Source of the DNA: Pasteurellaceae bacterium
Lineage (GTDB): Bacteria > Pseudomonadota > Gammaproteobacteria > Enterobacterales > Pasteurellaceae
Assembly: GCA_030528525.1 (NCBI GenBank)
Contig: JAUMYT010000004.1
Span: forward strand, 68,407-132,406
Length of the DNA stretch: 64,000 nucleotides
Reading direction: 5' to 3'
The notes under the pieces were generated by a model that made no database searches, had not been told where the DNA came from, and saw only the letters and a program-made list of their open reading frames with translations. The position numbers and the translations under genes were made by a program. Shown piece by piece: positions 1 through 10,393 of this stretch; position 1 is the stretch's first letter; every line of letters begins with the position of its first letter.

Positions 1-728
1 TTTCCGCATTTTGACGGAAGACTGCCTGATACCACCACAGAGCCTGCTGGCACACGTCCGTAGTGGATTTCGCCGGTTTCACGGTCATAAATTTTGGTCG
101 ATTGACCGATGAATACGCCCATTGAGATCACACAGCCGTCTTCCACAATTACGCCTTCGACGATTTCAGAACGAGCACCGATAAAGCAGTTATCGCCGAT
201 AATGGTTGGATTGGCTTGCAATGGCTCTAACACGCCGCCGATGCCCACGCCGCCAGATAAATGCACGTTTTTACCGATTTGGGCACAAGATCCAACTGTT
301 GCCCAAGTGTCCACCATTGTGCCTTCGCCCACGTATGCCCCAATGTTCACATAAGATGGCATTAATACCACATTTTTCGCAATGTAAGCCCCTTTACGCA
401 CGGTCGCTGAAGGCACCACACGGAAGCCTTCTTGTTTAAAGCGTTCTTCAGTATAGTCGGCAAATTTGAGTGGCACTTTGTCGTAGTATTTGGTTTCGGC
501 ACCGTCGATAATTTGGTTATCGTTAATGCGGAATGAGAGCAACACCGCTTTTTTCAACCATTGGTGCGTAACCCATTCGCCGTCAATTTTCTCGGCAACA
601 CGGAATTTACCGCTGTCTAAGCCTTCTAAGGCTTCTAATACCGCTGCTTTAGTTTCCGCGTCCACGCTGTTTGGGGTAATTTCCGCACGGCGTTCGAATG
701 CCGCTTCGATAATGGCTTGTAATGACAT
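1..728 (-). CDS. dapD: 2,3,4,5-tetrahydropyridine-2,6-dicarboxylate N-succinyltransferase (partial, C-terminus runs off window start)
   Basis: Minus-strand translation [19 protein letters not shown]... with hexapeptide-repeat region ([40 protein letters not shown]); plus-strand ORFs here are antisense artefacts. Confidence 0.85.
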   Translation of the reverse strand, partial: MSLQAIIEAAFERRAEITPNSVDAETKAAVLEALEGLDSGKFRVAEKIDGEWVTHQWLKKAVLLSFRINDNQIIDGAETKYYDKVPLKFADYTEERFKQEGFRVVPSATVRKGAYIAKNVVLMPSYVNIGAYVGEGTMVDTWATVGSCAQIGKNVHLSGGVGIGGVLEPLQANPTIIGDNCFIGARSEIVEGVIVEDGCVISMGVFIGQSTKIYDRETGEIHYGRVPAGSVVVSGSLPSKCG

Positions 729-945
729 CTTTTTCTCCTGTCTTAAATGTTGAAAAATTTTGCACTTTATGAGCAAGATCTTACCCCTTGTAGGCAGATC
801 AATGTGGCAAAATGCTCGCATTGTAGCAAATCAATCGCCGATTCGCTTGAAATTGTATGAATTATCTTTGCCTATCAATTCGCTTTGACGATTTTGCACA
901 TTTCCCTTTGACTATTGGGCTGGCAATCTGTAATATTCGCACCCT

Positions 946-1470
946 ATGCAAAAAGTAAAACTCCCCCTACTGATTGACCCATATAAAGACGCTCAGCGTC
1001 GAATGGATTACGAAGGTTACCTTTCGCGTGACCAACTAAGCCGTTTGAGTGAATCTGTGGGTAATGTGCTAAGCGATGCACAAGTTACGCTGTCGTTGTA
1101 TGTTGATCCACAAAAACTGACCGTGATTAAAGGCACGGCAACGGTGGACGTGGAATTAGACTGCCAACGTTGCGGTAACCCATTTTCGCACACACTGGAC
1201 TGTACATTCTGTTTCAGCCCTGTGAAAAATATGGAGCAAGCGGACGAATTACCTGAAATTTACGACCCAATTGAGCTCAATGAATTTGGCGAAGTAAGTT
1301 TGCTGGAAATGGTGGAAGATGAATTTATTATCTCCTTGCCGTTGGTTCCAATGCATAACCCTGAACACTGTGAAGTGTCCGAGGCAGAACAAGTGTTTGG
1401 TGAATTGCCTGAAGAGCTGGCAAAAAAACCAAATCCGTTCGCCGTATTAGCTAATTTAAAGAAAAACTAG
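946..1470 (+). CDS. yceD: YceD/DUF177 family 23S rRNA accumulation protein
   Basis: 174 aa, CxxC...C pattern, sits immediately upstream of rpmF-plsX as in enterobacteria. Confidence 0.85.
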   Translation: MQKVKLPLLIDPYKDAQRRMDYEGYLSRDQLSRLSESVGNVLSDAQVTLSLYVDPQKLTVIKGTATVDVELDCQRCGNPFSHTLDCTFCFSPVKNMEQADELPEIYDPIELNEFGEVSLLEMVEDEFIISLPLVPMHNPEHCEVSEAEQVFGELPEELAKKPNPFAVLANLKKN

Positions 1471-1486
1471 ATCTAGGAGAAAGCCC

Positions 1487-1657
1487 GTGGCTGTTCAACA
1501 AAATAAAAAATCTCGCTCACGTCGTGATATGCGTCGTTCACACGATGCGTTAACTACTGCTGCAGTATCAGTCGATAAAGTAACAGGTGAAACTCACTTA
1601 CGTCACCACGTTACTGCTGACGGTTACTACCGTGGTCGTAAAGTGATCAACAAATAA
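1487..1657 (+). CDS. rpmF: 50S ribosomal protein L32
   Basis: GTG start; [22 protein letters not shown]... 56 aa, classic L32 N-terminus. Confidence 0.9.
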   Translation: MAVQQNKKSRSRRDMRRSHDALTTAAVSVDKVTGETHLRHHVTADGYYRGRKVINK

Positions 1658-1682
1658 TTCAAATTATCTCTCGGAGCATAAT

Positions 1683-2702
1683 TTGACCGATCTAACCCTA
1701 GCGTTAGATGTGATGGGCGGGGACTTTGGTCCCCGTATTACTATTCCTGCTACCATCACCGCATTAGAGCAGAATCCAAAGCTCAAGGTGCTGTTATTTG
1801 GTGATGAAGCCCAAATTTCCCCTTTTCTTCTTTCACTTTCTACGGATTTACGACAGCGTATCCAAATTATTCATACGGATAAAAAAGTCCCCGACCATTT
1901 GCCATTTCTGTCTGCATTACGCCAAAGTAAAGGCAGTTCAATGCGTTTGGCGTTGGAAAGTGTCGCCAACGGCGAGGCCCAAGGCTGTGTCAGTGCTGCA
2001 CATACAGGTGTTTTGATGGGGCTTGCTAAACAGCTGATTCAGCCGTTGCCCAATATCGACCGCCCTGCGTTAGTTTCACTGATTCCGACCTCCAACGGAC
2101 ATTCCACCGTAATGCTTGATTTAGGGGCAAATATCGATGCAGACAGCCAATTACTGCTGCAATTTGCCGAAATGGGCAATATTTTCGCCCAAGTGATGTT
2201 GGGCTTGGTTTTCCCGCGTCTTGCGTTGCTTAATATCGGCACGGAAGAGAACAAAGGCAATCCACAGTTACGAGAAACGCACCAACAACTCAAACAAGCT
2301 AACCATTTGAATTATCAAGGTTTTATTGAAGGAGATAAGCTGCTCAATCACTGTGCTGACGTGATTGTGTGCGATGGGTTTAGTGGCAATATCGCCCTAA
2401 AAACAATGGAAGGGGCGGTCAAAAATTTACTCTCGTTTTTCAAACCGCCAAAAGAAGAATCCAATCTCTGTCGCCATTTTAAACGTGCTGTGTTACGGCT
2501 ACTGTTTCGCCGTTATTTTCACAAGTTGCAACAAATCAATCCCGACCGTCATAATGGAGCAACATTGCTAGGATTATCTGCAGTCGTGGTGAAAAGCCAC
2601 GGTGGTGCGGGAAGTAATGCTTTTTTCCATGCGATTCAGCATGCTATTTCGCAAATTGAAAATGATATTCCTGAAAAAATGAGGCAAATGCAATCAAGCT
2701 AA
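1683..2702 (+). CDS. plsX: phosphate acyltransferase PlsX
   Basis: MTDLTLALDVMGGDFGP... aligns to E. coli PlsX N-terminus; TTG start. Confidence 0.9.
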   Translation: MTDLTLALDVMGGDFGPRITIPATITALEQNPKLKVLLFGDEAQISPFLLSLSTDLRQRIQIIHTDKKVPDHLPFLSALRQSKGSSMRLALESVANGEAQGCVSAAHTGVLMGLAKQLIQPLPNIDRPALVSLIPTSNGHSTVMLDLGANIDADSQLLLQFAEMGNIFAQVMLGLVFPRLALLNIGTEENKGNPQLRETHQQLKQANHLNYQGFIEGDKLLNHCADVIVCDGFSGNIALKTMEGAVKNLLSFFKPPKEESNLCRHFKRAVLRLLFRRYFHKLQQINPDRHNGATLLGLSAVVVKSHGGAGSNAFFHAIQHAISQIENDIPEKMRQMQSS

Positions 2703-2748
2703 ATACACAAAATGAAACGGCATCAAAGTGATGCCGTTTTACTTGCGA

Positions 2749-3153
2749 TTATTTTTTCAATAAATCACGAATTTCTGTCAGTAATTTTTCTTCTGAGCTT
2801 GGTTCTGGTGCTTTAGGCGCTTCTTCGACTGGTGCAGGTGCTTTCTTCAAGTTATTGATGAATTTCACCATCGCAAAGACTGCCATCGCAATGATTAAGA
2901 AATCAAACACATTTTGTACGAATGCACCATATTTTAACGTTACTGCTTCAGCACCATCTTGGGCTTCTTTCAATACTACAGCGAGATCTTTAAAGTCTAC
3001 ACCACCGATGAGTAAACCAATTGGCGGCATGATTACATCGTTAACTAATGATGACACGATTTTACCGAATGCACCGCCGATAATCACACCGACTGCTAAA
3101 TCAACGACATTACCTTTTACTGCGAATTCACGGAATTCTTTTAATAAGCTCAT
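2749..3153 (-). CDS. mscL: large-conductance mechanosensitive channel
   Basis: 134 aa, [37 protein letters not shown]... canonical MscL. Confidence 0.9.
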   Translation of the reverse strand: MSLLKEFREFAVKGNVVDLAVGVIIGGAFGKIVSSLVNDVIMPPIGLLIGGVDFKDLAVVLKEAQDGAEAVTLKYGAFVQNVFDFLIIAMAVFAMVKFINNLKKAPAPVEEAPKAPEPSSEEKLLTEIRDLLKK

Positions 3154-3249
3154 TACTTTCTCCTTTATGTATGGATATTTTAGGGTTCATTTTGTCCAAA
3201 ATAGACAGCGGGCGAATTATAAGCAAGTCATGCAAAATTGGTACCGATT

Positions 3250-3774
3250 TTAACTTAATTTACCAATCTTTAAGGCAAACTCACGTACTTGAGTCCAGTC
3301 GGTGTATTCATATTCTTGGCGGGTATCTGTTTCACCGCCAGTCATCTTCATGATAAAACGGATAATCAAGCGATCAAACCAACGATAACGAGGGTAGCGT
3401 AGCGCTCCTGCGAAAACCTCGACCCAATTGGGTTTCCAATCAATTTTCTCCAGCAGTTTACGTGTATAAATATTTGTTGTCGGTGTATTGCGATTAGCTT
3501 TACGAGCAGTAAGATTCACACTAAAAAAGGCAGAATGTCTTTGATTAAGCAAGGCGGAATGCATACTAATAAACTGTGCCAAAACCGGTGAAAAGTGACC
3601 ATACCGAATCGATGCACCAATAACAATCCGATCAAATTCAGCAAGCTGATTTGATGACATATTGATATGATCACGCAAGCAAAACAATTCTACATTCTCA
3701 AGATGTGAAGCAATATACTCTGCAATTTTTTGGGTCTGCCCGTCGTAGGTAAGATAGAAAATAGCGGTTCTCAT
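3250..3774 (-). CDS. hemG: menaquinone-dependent protoporphyrinogen oxidase (flavodoxin-like)
   Basis: 174 aa, strong match in memory to E. coli HemG (VIGASIRYGH..., ALRYPRYRW...). Confidence 0.85.
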   Translation of the reverse strand: MRTAIFYLTYDGQTQKIAEYIASHLENVELFCLRDHINMSSNQLAEFDRIVIGASIRYGHFSPVLAQFISMHSALLNQRHSAFFSVNLTARKANRNTPTTNIYTRKLLEKIDWKPNWVEVFAGALRYPRYRWFDRLIIRFIMKMTGGETDTRQEYEYTDWTQVREFALKIGKLS

Positions 3775-3846
3775 AATATCTGATACATAAAAATTATCAT
3801 TTTAGCTGAATTCCAACGAAGTTTAAATGAAACTAGTAAGTACAGT

Positions 3847-4458
3847 CTAAGATAATATACCCTCTAATTTCAATTTAGCTGCAAATCGCTGTGTGAGTGT
3901 TTGCTCAGCTTGCTCAAATTGGGTGGGATTGATGCCAAGCAATAACTCGATTTTCTCGCCAAATTGTTGTTCGATGATTTCAATGTCCCAATCGGTGATC
4001 CAATGTTGTAGGCTGTGAAATTGGTCGTAGTCGCACTGCAAGCGATAAGGTTGGCGTAACACTTTGCGTTCGGTTTGCAGCTGTGCTAAGGCTTGTTGCA
4101 CACCGTTGCCGCAGGCTCGCACCAATCCGCCTGTGCCAAGCAAAATGCCGCCGTAATATCGCACCACCACCGCACTGATTTCGCCCAAGCCACTGCCAAG
4201 CAAATAGTTCAACATTGGTTTGCCTGCCGTGCCAGACGGCTCGCCATCATCAGAAAAGCCGTATTGCTGTGAATCGGTTGGCGAACCTGCCACGCAAGCC
4301 CAGCAATGGTGGCGAGCCTGCGGGTGCAGGGCTTTGATTTCCGCCCAAAAGGCTTTGGCTTGTTCTAAGCCTTCGGTGTGGCGAAGGTAGGTAATGAAGC
4401 GACTTTTTTTGATCTCTTCTTCAAAAATGATGCCAGCGGCAGGGATAAAAAATTGCAT
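3847..4458 (-). CDS. yigZ: IMPACT/YigZ family protein
   Basis: 203 aa, EEIKKSRFIT..., GFSDDGEPSGTAGKPML... YigZ signature. Confidence 0.8.
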   Translation of the reverse strand: MQFFIPAAGIIFEEEIKKSRFITYLRHTEGLEQAKAFWAEIKALHPQARHHCWACVAGSPTDSQQYGFSDDGEPSGTAGKPMLNYLLGSGLGEISAVVVRYYGGILLGTGGLVRACGNGVQQALAQLQTERKVLRQPYRLQCDYDQFHSLQHWITDWDIEIIEQQFGEKIELLLGINPTQFEQAEQTLTQRFAAKLKLEGILS

Positions 4459-4625
4459 AATTTGGCGTTTTTAGTAAATAAAATGTGAAAATTTTGTGAT
4501 CTTGTTCGTGTTTTTGACATAAAAAATTTGCCAAGTCGGCAAAAGTCGAGTATATCTATAAACGTTTTTTTGTAAGAAAACGACTTACTTATTCTATATT
4601 CTTTCCTGATAAGAGGATCTATTAG

Positions 4626-5588
4626 ATGAAAAAATTACTCAAACTTTCATTAGCCGCCACTTTAGCGACCACCGCATTTTCAGCTCAAGCGAACGAGCAA
4701 TTTATTACCATTGGTACAGGCGGTCAAACTGGCGTTTACTATGTCGTGGGTCAATCGGTTTGTCAATTAGTGAACCGTGATACGGCGAAAACGAAAGTGA
4801 AATGTAACGCCCCTTCCACAGGCGGTTCGGTGGCGAACTTAAACTCAATCGCCGCTAAAGAAATGGATATGGGTATTGCTCAATCAGACTGGCAATATCA
4901 CGCCTACAACGGCTCTAGCTCCTTTGAAGGCAAGAAAAACGACAAACTCCGTGCGATTTTCTCTATTCACCCAGAGCCGTTTACGGTAATGGCTCGCACC
5001 GATGCGAACGTGAAAACGTTTGATGATTTGAAAGGTAAACGTGTCAATGTGGGTGACCCAGGTTCAGGTACACGTGCAACAATGAATGTAATTTTGAACG
5101 CAAAAGGTTGGACAGACAAAGAGTTCAAAGTGGCGTCTGAATTAAAACCTGCGGAAATGGCATCAGTTATGTGTGATAACAACTTAGATGCGATCACTTA
5201 CAATGTAGGTCACCCAAATGGTGCGTTGAAAGAAGCGGCGGCCTCTTGTGATGCTCACTTAGTGCCAGTCACAGGCGAAGCGATCGATAAATTAGTGGCA
5301 GATCACGCTTACTATGCAAAAGCGACTATCCCAGGTGGCTTATATAAAGGCACCGACAACCCAGTTGACAGCTTCGGTGTGTATGCGACTTTAGTGACAT
5401 CGAGCGATGTGTCTGAAGAGAAAGTGTATGCGGTGGTGAAAGCGGTATTCGATAACTTCGACCGTTTCAAACGTTTACACCCAGCCTTTGAAAATCTCAA
5501 ACAAGAAGAGATGATCAAAAATGCGTTATCAGCTCCATTACACGACGGTGCGGTACGTTACTACAAAGAGAAAGGTTGGATTAAATAA
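4626..5588 (+). CDS. TRAP transporter solute-binding protein, TAXI family
   Basis: 320 aa with signal peptide; ITIGTGGQTGVYY motif typical of TAXI receptors; followed by fused TRAP permease. Confidence 0.85.
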   Translation: MKKLLKLSLAATLATTAFSAQANEQFITIGTGGQTGVYYVVGQSVCQLVNRDTAKTKVKCNAPSTGGSVANLNSIAAKEMDMGIAQSDWQYHAYNGSSSFEGKKNDKLRAIFSIHPEPFTVMARTDANVKTFDDLKGKRVNVGDPGSGTRATMNVILNAKGWTDKEFKVASELKPAEMASVMCDNNLDAITYNVGHPNGALKEAAASCDAHLVPVTGEAIDKLVADHAYYAKATIPGGLYKGTDNPVDSFGVYATLVTSSDVSEEKVYAVVKAVFDNFDRFKRLHPAFENLKQEEMIKNALSAPLHDGAVRYYKEKGWIK

Positions 5589-5607
5589 TTCTCTTTCTTA
5601 AAACAAC

Positions 5608-5667
5608 GTAGGGTGGGCATTCTGCCCACCGTTACGATCTCTTGGTGGGCAAGAATGCCCACCCTAC
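5608..5667. repeat. Family C bipartite palindrome (GTAGG-hairpin...hairpin-CCTAC), copy 1
   Basis: gtagggtgggcattctgcccacc ... ggtgggcaagaatgcccaccctac. Confidence 0.8.
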
Positions 5668-5733
5668 ATTTTTTCGGCATTTTGCCCTGTCGGTTTATTA
5701 ACAAGCGGTGATTTAAGGCAAGCAAAACTTGAT

Positions 5734-5781
5734 GTAGGGACGTACTGCGTACGTCCTTGGGCGTATGCAATACGCCCCTAC
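5734..5781. repeat. Family C palindrome, copy 2
   Basis: gtagggacgtactgcgtacgtcc...gggcgtatgcaatacgcccctac. Confidence 0.8.
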
Positions 5782-5838
5782 GGATAGAGATATTGCTTAA
5801 AAATCCGACCGTTTGTTTTCTCATTTTTAGGAATTGCA

Positions 5839-8481
5839 ATGTCCACACAAGAAAAAACAGTTACCACCGCAAGTTACGACGACTTGCAAGATATGGTGGC
5901 GTCAAACGATTCGGGGGGAAGAAACCCACGTGGGTTTACCAAAAAACTGATCGTTGGCGTGGCAATTTTATGGTCGCTTTTTCAACTCTATTACACTTCG
6001 CCATTTCCATTTTGGCTACAAGAAGTGATCCGCAATGCAGGCATTGATTTGAATGTCGTGATTGATGATACCAAAGCACGCTCCATTCACTTAGCCTTTG
6101 CACTCTTCTTGGCGTATCTCTCATTCCCTGCATTTGCGAACTCGCCAAAACATCGAGTGCCTTATCAAGACTGGATCTTCGCCACCCTTGGGGCATTTTT
6201 AGGAGCGTATTACATCTTCTTCTACGAAGGCTTAGTGACCCGTTTTGGTGCTCCGAATACGCAAGATATTATCGCGGGCTGTTTAGGCGTATTGTTATTA
6301 CTTGAAGCCTGTCGCCGTAGTCTTGGATTACCGCTCGTGATTATCGCTGGCGTGTTCTTGTTGTATAACTACTTCGGGCAATTCTTGCCGACCGATTGGA
6401 TTATCAGCCATCGTTCAGGCTCGCTCTCGCAAATTGTGAACCAACAATGGATCACCACCGAAGGCGTATTCGGCGTGGCGTTGGGCGTTTCGACTAAATA
6501 TGTGTTCTTGTTCGTGTTATTCGGTGCATTATTGGATAAAGCAGGGGCTGGCAACTACTTCATCAAAACTGCTTTTGCCTATTTAGGGCACTTTAGTGGC
6601 GGGCCAGGTAAAGCAGCAGTCGTTTCATCGGGTTTAACAGGATTAGTATCGGGTTCATCTATTGCCAACGTGGTGACCACAGGCACTTTCACTATTCCAA
6701 TGATGAAACGTGTTGGCTTGAATGCCGAAAAAGCTGGGGCGGTGGAAGTTGCTTCATCAGTAAACGGACAAATTATGCCGCCAGTAATGGGGGCAGCTGC
6801 GTTTCTGATGATTGAATACGTCAATATGCCGTACAGCCAGCTGATTACTCACGCTTTCTTGCCTGCGTTCATTTCCTATATCGCCTTGGTGTATATCGTG
6901 CATTTGGAAGCTCAAAAACTTGGTTTGAAAGGCTTAGAGCGTACCGATCCGCCAAATCCAATTTATGTGACGTTAATTCGTGCCTTAGCGAGTTTCCTAG
7001 TGATTTGCATCGTCTATTTCGCAATGGAATTTAGCTTAGGTTGGATTAAAACGGCCGCACCTGATTATGCCTTCTCGATTGTGGCAGCCTTGTTAGCGGT
7101 GGTTTACCTTGCACTCATTCGCCGTGTGGCAAGTTTCCCTGATTTAGAACCAGACGATCCAAACGCACAAATTGTCAAATTGCCGTCCACCAAACCAACG
7201 GTAAACGCAGGCTTGCATTATTTATTGCCTGTGGTGGTGTTGATGTGGTGTTTGATGATCGAACGTATGTCGCCAGGGCTTTCTGCCTTTTGGGGAACAA
7301 TGGCGTTAGCGGTGATTTTGATTACCCAGCGTCCATTGCTCGCCTTCTTCCGCAACGAAAACAGCAATAAATTTGCTCTAGCTAAACAAGGCTTGAACGA
7401 GCTGAAAGACGGCTTGGAAGCAGGGGCAAGAAATATGATCGGCATCGGGATTGCCACCGCAACCGCTGGGATCATCGTAGGTGTGGTTGCCTTAACGGGC
7501 TTTGGTGTACAGCTTTCTGGCATTATCGAAATGCTCTCAATGGGCAACATTTTGTTGATGCTGATCTTAGTCGCCATTTTCAGCTTGATTTTAGGAATGG
7601 GCTTGCCAACCACCGCAAACTACATCGTGGTGTCTTCGTTGATGGCATTAGTGATTGTCGAAATCGGCAAGCAAAACGGCTTAATTGTGCCGTTAATTGC
7701 GGTGCATTTGTTCGTGTTCTACTTCGGTATTATGGCGGACGTGACCCCACCTGTCGGCTTGGCGTCCTTTGCCGCCGCAGCCATTTCGGGCGGTAGCCCA
7801 ATCAAAACTGGGGTACAAGCGTTCTATTACAGCTTGCGAACTGCCGTGTTGCCGTTCCTGTTTATTTTCAACACCGACTTGTTGTTGATTGATGTCGGCT
7901 GGGCGAAAGGCTTACTGGTGTTCGTCACGGCGACCATCGGGATTTTGGTCTTTACCGCCGTCACAATGGGCTATTTCTTCACTCGCAATAAATGGTGGGA
8001 AGGGGTAGTTTTATTGCTCGCCGCCTTTACGCTATTCCGCCCAGGGTTCTTTATGGAACACCTCTCGCCAACGGCACGCCACGTTGAGCCAGCCCAATTA
8101 GTGCAAGAGCTTGAACGCACCCCAGCAGGGCAGAATTTAATGCTCAAAGTATCAGGGCTAAATCCATACGGCAAAGAGATCGAATTTTACTCGCAACTCA
8201 TTGTGCCGGAAGGCAATTCGGGCGAAGAACGGGTGAAAGCACTCGGCTTACTGTTGTTAGACACAGGCGAGAAAATCGAGATTGACGGCAAGCCGTCACC
8301 GAAGATTATCATCGACAACGTGGAAATCGACTCGCCAGCGGCAAAAGCAGGGTTGAACTGGGATCAAGTGCTGCTAGACGTAGCTCTGCCACGGGATTCC
8401 TTACCAAAAGAGCTGATGTTCATTCCAGCGTTATTGCTGATTTTGGGCGTGGCGTGGAATCAACGTCGCCGCCGCAAGTAG
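5839..8481 (+). CDS. TRAP transporter fused permease (TAXI type) with C-terminal extension
   Basis: 880 aa polytopic membrane protein downstream of TAXI receptor gene. Confidence 0.85.
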   Translation: MSTQEKTVTTASYDDLQDMVASNDSGGRNPRGFTKKLIVGVAILWSLFQLYYTSPFPFWLQEVIRNAGIDLNVVIDDTKARSIHLAFALFLAYLSFPAFANSPKHRVPYQDWIFATLGAFLGAYYIFFYEGLVTRFGAPNTQDIIAGCLGVLLLLEACRRSLGLPLVIIAGVFLLYNYFGQFLPTDWIISHRSGSLSQIVNQQWITTEGVFGVALGVSTKYVFLFVLFGALLDKAGAGNYFIKTAFAYLGHFSGGPGKAAVVSSGLTGLVSGSSIANVVTTGTFTIPMMKRVGLNAEKAGAVEVASSVNGQIMPPVMGAAAFLMIEYVNMPYSQLITHAFLPAFISYIALVYIVHLEAQKLGLKGLERTDPPNPIYVTLIRALASFLVICIVYFAMEFSLGWIKTAAPDYAFSIVAALLAVVYLALIRRVASFPDLEPDDPNAQIVKLPSTKPTVNAGLHYLLPVVVLMWCLMIERMSPGLSAFWGTMALAVILITQRPLLAFFRNENSNKFALAKQGLNELKDGLEAGARNMIGIGIATATAGIIVGVVALTGFGVQLSGIIEMLSMGNILLMLILVAIFSLILGMGLPTTANYIVVSSLMALVIVEIGKQNGLIVPLIAVHLFVFYFGIMADVTPPVGLASFAAAAISGGSPIKTGVQAFYYSLRTAVLPFLFIFNTDLLLIDVGWAKGLLVFVTATIGILVFTAVTMGYFFTRNKWWEGVVLLLAAFTLFRPGFFMEHLSPTARHVEPAQLVQELERTPAGQNLMLKVSGLNPYGKEIEFYSQLIVPEGNSGEERVKALGLLLLDTGEKIEIDGKPSPKIIIDNVEIDSPAAKAGLNWDQVLLDVALPRDSLPKELMFIPALLLILGVAWNQRRRRK

Positions 8482-8485
8482 GCTA

Positions 8486-8524
8486 CAAGGGGGGGAGAAA
8501 CTCAAAGATTTTGTAAAATCCCCT
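8486..8524. repeat. Family A repeat (CAAGGGGG-N-TTTTGYAAAA-N-CCCCT)
   Basis: caagggggggagaaactcaaagattttgtaaaatcccct directly after stop codon. Confidence 0.75.
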
Positions 8525-8596
8525 ATGATGAATACGGTTCTTCACTTAAGCGAAGAGCCGTTGATCGTTTAAAAATTTGAGAAAATAGAACATATT

Positions 8597-9331
8597 ATGA
8601 GTGAACAAATCTATGGTATTCATGCAGTAAAGTCGTTTTTAGATAACGCACCAGAACGTTTGATTGATGTGATGGTATTAAAAGGGCGAGAAGATAAGCG
8701 GCTTAATCCGCTACTTAGTGAATTGCAAAAAATGGGCATTGCGGTGCAGCAGGTCAATCGTCAAACGTTAGACAACAAAGCACAAGGCGAGGTACACCAA
8801 GGTATTATTGCTCGCATTGTGCCTGCAAAAGAGCTCAATGAACACGATCTTGACCAGATTCTAGATCAAACCGCTACGCCATTGTTACTGATTTTAGACG
8901 GTGTGACGGATCCACATAATCTTGGTGCTTGTCTGCGAACAGCAGATGCGGCAGGGGTTGATGCGGTGATTGTACCGAAGGATAAGTCAGCACAACTCAC
9001 GTCCACAGCTCGTAAAGTGGCTTGTGGCGCAGCAGAAACGGTGCCGCTGGTGCGTGTGACTAACCTTGCTCGTACTATGCGAGATCTGCAAGCACGAAAC
9101 GTCTGGATTGTCGGTACGGCGGGGGAGGCTGAAGCAAGCCTTTATCAAGCAAAACTCACAGGGGCAATTGCATTGGTGATGGGGGCAGAAGGCGATGGTA
9201 TGCGCCGTTTAACGCGTGAACATTGTGATCAACTTATCAGTATTCCGATGGCAGGTTCAGTTTCTTCACTGAATGTGTCAGTGGCTACGGGAGTGTGCCT
9301 ATTTGAGATTGTACGTCAAGGGCGTATTTGA
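8597..9331 (+). CDS. rlmB: 23S rRNA (guanosine2251-2'-O)-methyltransferase
   Basis: 244 aa SpoU-family methyltransferase, N-terminus matches RlmB. Confidence 0.85.
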   Translation: MSEQIYGIHAVKSFLDNAPERLIDVMVLKGREDKRLNPLLSELQKMGIAVQQVNRQTLDNKAQGEVHQGIIARIVPAKELNEHDLDQILDQTATPLLLILDGVTDPHNLGACLRTADAAGVDAVIVPKDKSAQLTSTARKVACGAAETVPLVRVTNLARTMRDLQARNVWIVGTAGEAEASLYQAKLTGAIALVMGAEGDGMRRLTREHCDQLISIPMAGSVSSLNVSVATGVCLFEIVRQGRI

Positions 9332-9364
9332 TTGAGTTAGCACACTGACGATAAATAACGGGGA

Positions 9365-9655
9365 TCAACGGGGCTCCGTTTTTTTACAGCCACACTTAGG
9401 AGGAACAGGATCATCTCCCCCTTCACTCAGTGGGTGGCAGCGGCAAATACGTTTGATGGTTAACCAGCCACCCTTTATTCCACCGTGAATGCGAATCGCA
9501 TCTAGTGCATATTGGGAGCAAGTTGGATAAAAACGGCAGCGAGGCCCGAGTAGCGGGCTGATTGCATAACGGTAGAAATGCACCGCACCAAGCAAGAGAT
9601 AAGCAATTAGACTGGGTTTGGCGTGTTTTTCGCTAGACGAATGTGACGTTGCCAT
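9365..9655 (-). CDS. yidD: membrane protein insertion efficiency factor YidD
   Basis: [29 protein letters not shown] motif; overlaps rnpA 3' end. Confidence 0.85.
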   Translation of the reverse strand: MATSHSSSEKHAKPSLIAYLLLGAVHFYRYAISPLLGPRCRFYPTCSQYALDAIRIHGGIKGGWLTIKRICRCHPLSEGGDDPVPPKCGCKKTEPR

Positions 9656-9990
9656 AGTTTTTCTAAGGTTTCAAACAGTTCTTGATTGGATAATTTGCCA
9701 ATACCCCCTTTTGCCACAAACACAAAATCACAATGTGGTAGTTCGTGTTGTTTCAAACGGAAGCTTTCTCGCACAAGGCGTTTGATGCGATTGCGGTCGT
9801 GAGCACGTTTTAAATGCTTTTTCGCCACCGTTAAACCCAAGCGGGCATGTTTAATTGTATTGGAGCGAGCTAATAACGTGAGTTGAGGAGTGCTGGCACG
9901 GAAAGGCTGTTCGAAGACTGCCTTAAATTGAACGGGAGCTAACAAACGTAGCTCCCGAGAGAAATTTAGCTTATTCACACTATGTAACAT
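9607..9990 (-). CDS. rnpA: ribonuclease P protein component
   Basis: 127 aa, [23 protein letters not shown] signature; immediately downstream of rpmH. Confidence 0.85.
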   Translation of the reverse strand: MLHSVNKLNFSRELRLLAPVQFKAVFEQPFRASTPQLTLLARSNTIKHARLGLTVAKKHLKRAHDRNRIKRLVRESFRLKQHELPHCDFVFVAKGGIGKLSNQELFETLEKLWQRHIRLAKNTPNPV

Positions 9991-10025
9991 TGCGTTCTGC
10001 TAGTGTTTTGGCTAGCTTGCTGCAA

Positions 10026-10160
10026 TTATGCAGATAAGCTTTTACGACCTTTAGCACGACGACGTGCTAATACTTGACGACCGTTTTTTGTTGCCATACG
10101 AGCACGGAAACCGTGAGTACGAGCACGTTTTAATACTGATGGTTGAAATGTACGTTTCAT
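10026..10160 (-). CDS. rpmH: 50S ribosomal protein L34
   Basis: Minus-strand translation [44 protein letters not shown]; not in ORF track (<60 aa). Confidence 0.9.
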   Translation of the reverse strand: MKRTFQPSVLKRARTHGFRARMATKNGRQVLARRRAKGRKSLSA

Positions 10161-10393
10161 TTGTATCTACCTAAAAATAAAAATTGGCAACAGCCAAATA
10201 AGGAATATGAAAAATAGAGTGCGAATTCTACCGATAAATTTGCCCAAGATCAAGGCAAATTGCGAAAATTGTCTAGGGTAAAAGGCGGGATGGCTGCTGA
10301 TAATTTGCCCATTCCTTGATCTAATCTTATTCTTTTAGACGAAGAATGTGATATGTTATCACACATCAATTGGTCTCATTGAAGGAGAAATGT

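Noticed and set aside
109-753. Three plus-strand ORFs (109..354, 206..439, 490..753)
   Set aside because: They lie antisense to the clearly recognisable dapD coding sequence on the minus strand. They are artefacts of GC-rich hexapeptide-repeat codons.
5561-6196. ORFs 5561..5848 (-), 5757..6047 (+) and 5936..6196 (-) across the TRAP intergenic region
   Set aside because: They span family C palindromes and overlap the permease start. They have no RBS or homology and are repeat-derived.
9332-9365. Weak hairpin plus T7 run after rlmB (acggggctccgttttttt)
   Set aside because: The stem is only about 4 bp. It may function as the rlmB terminator but is too weak to call confidently.
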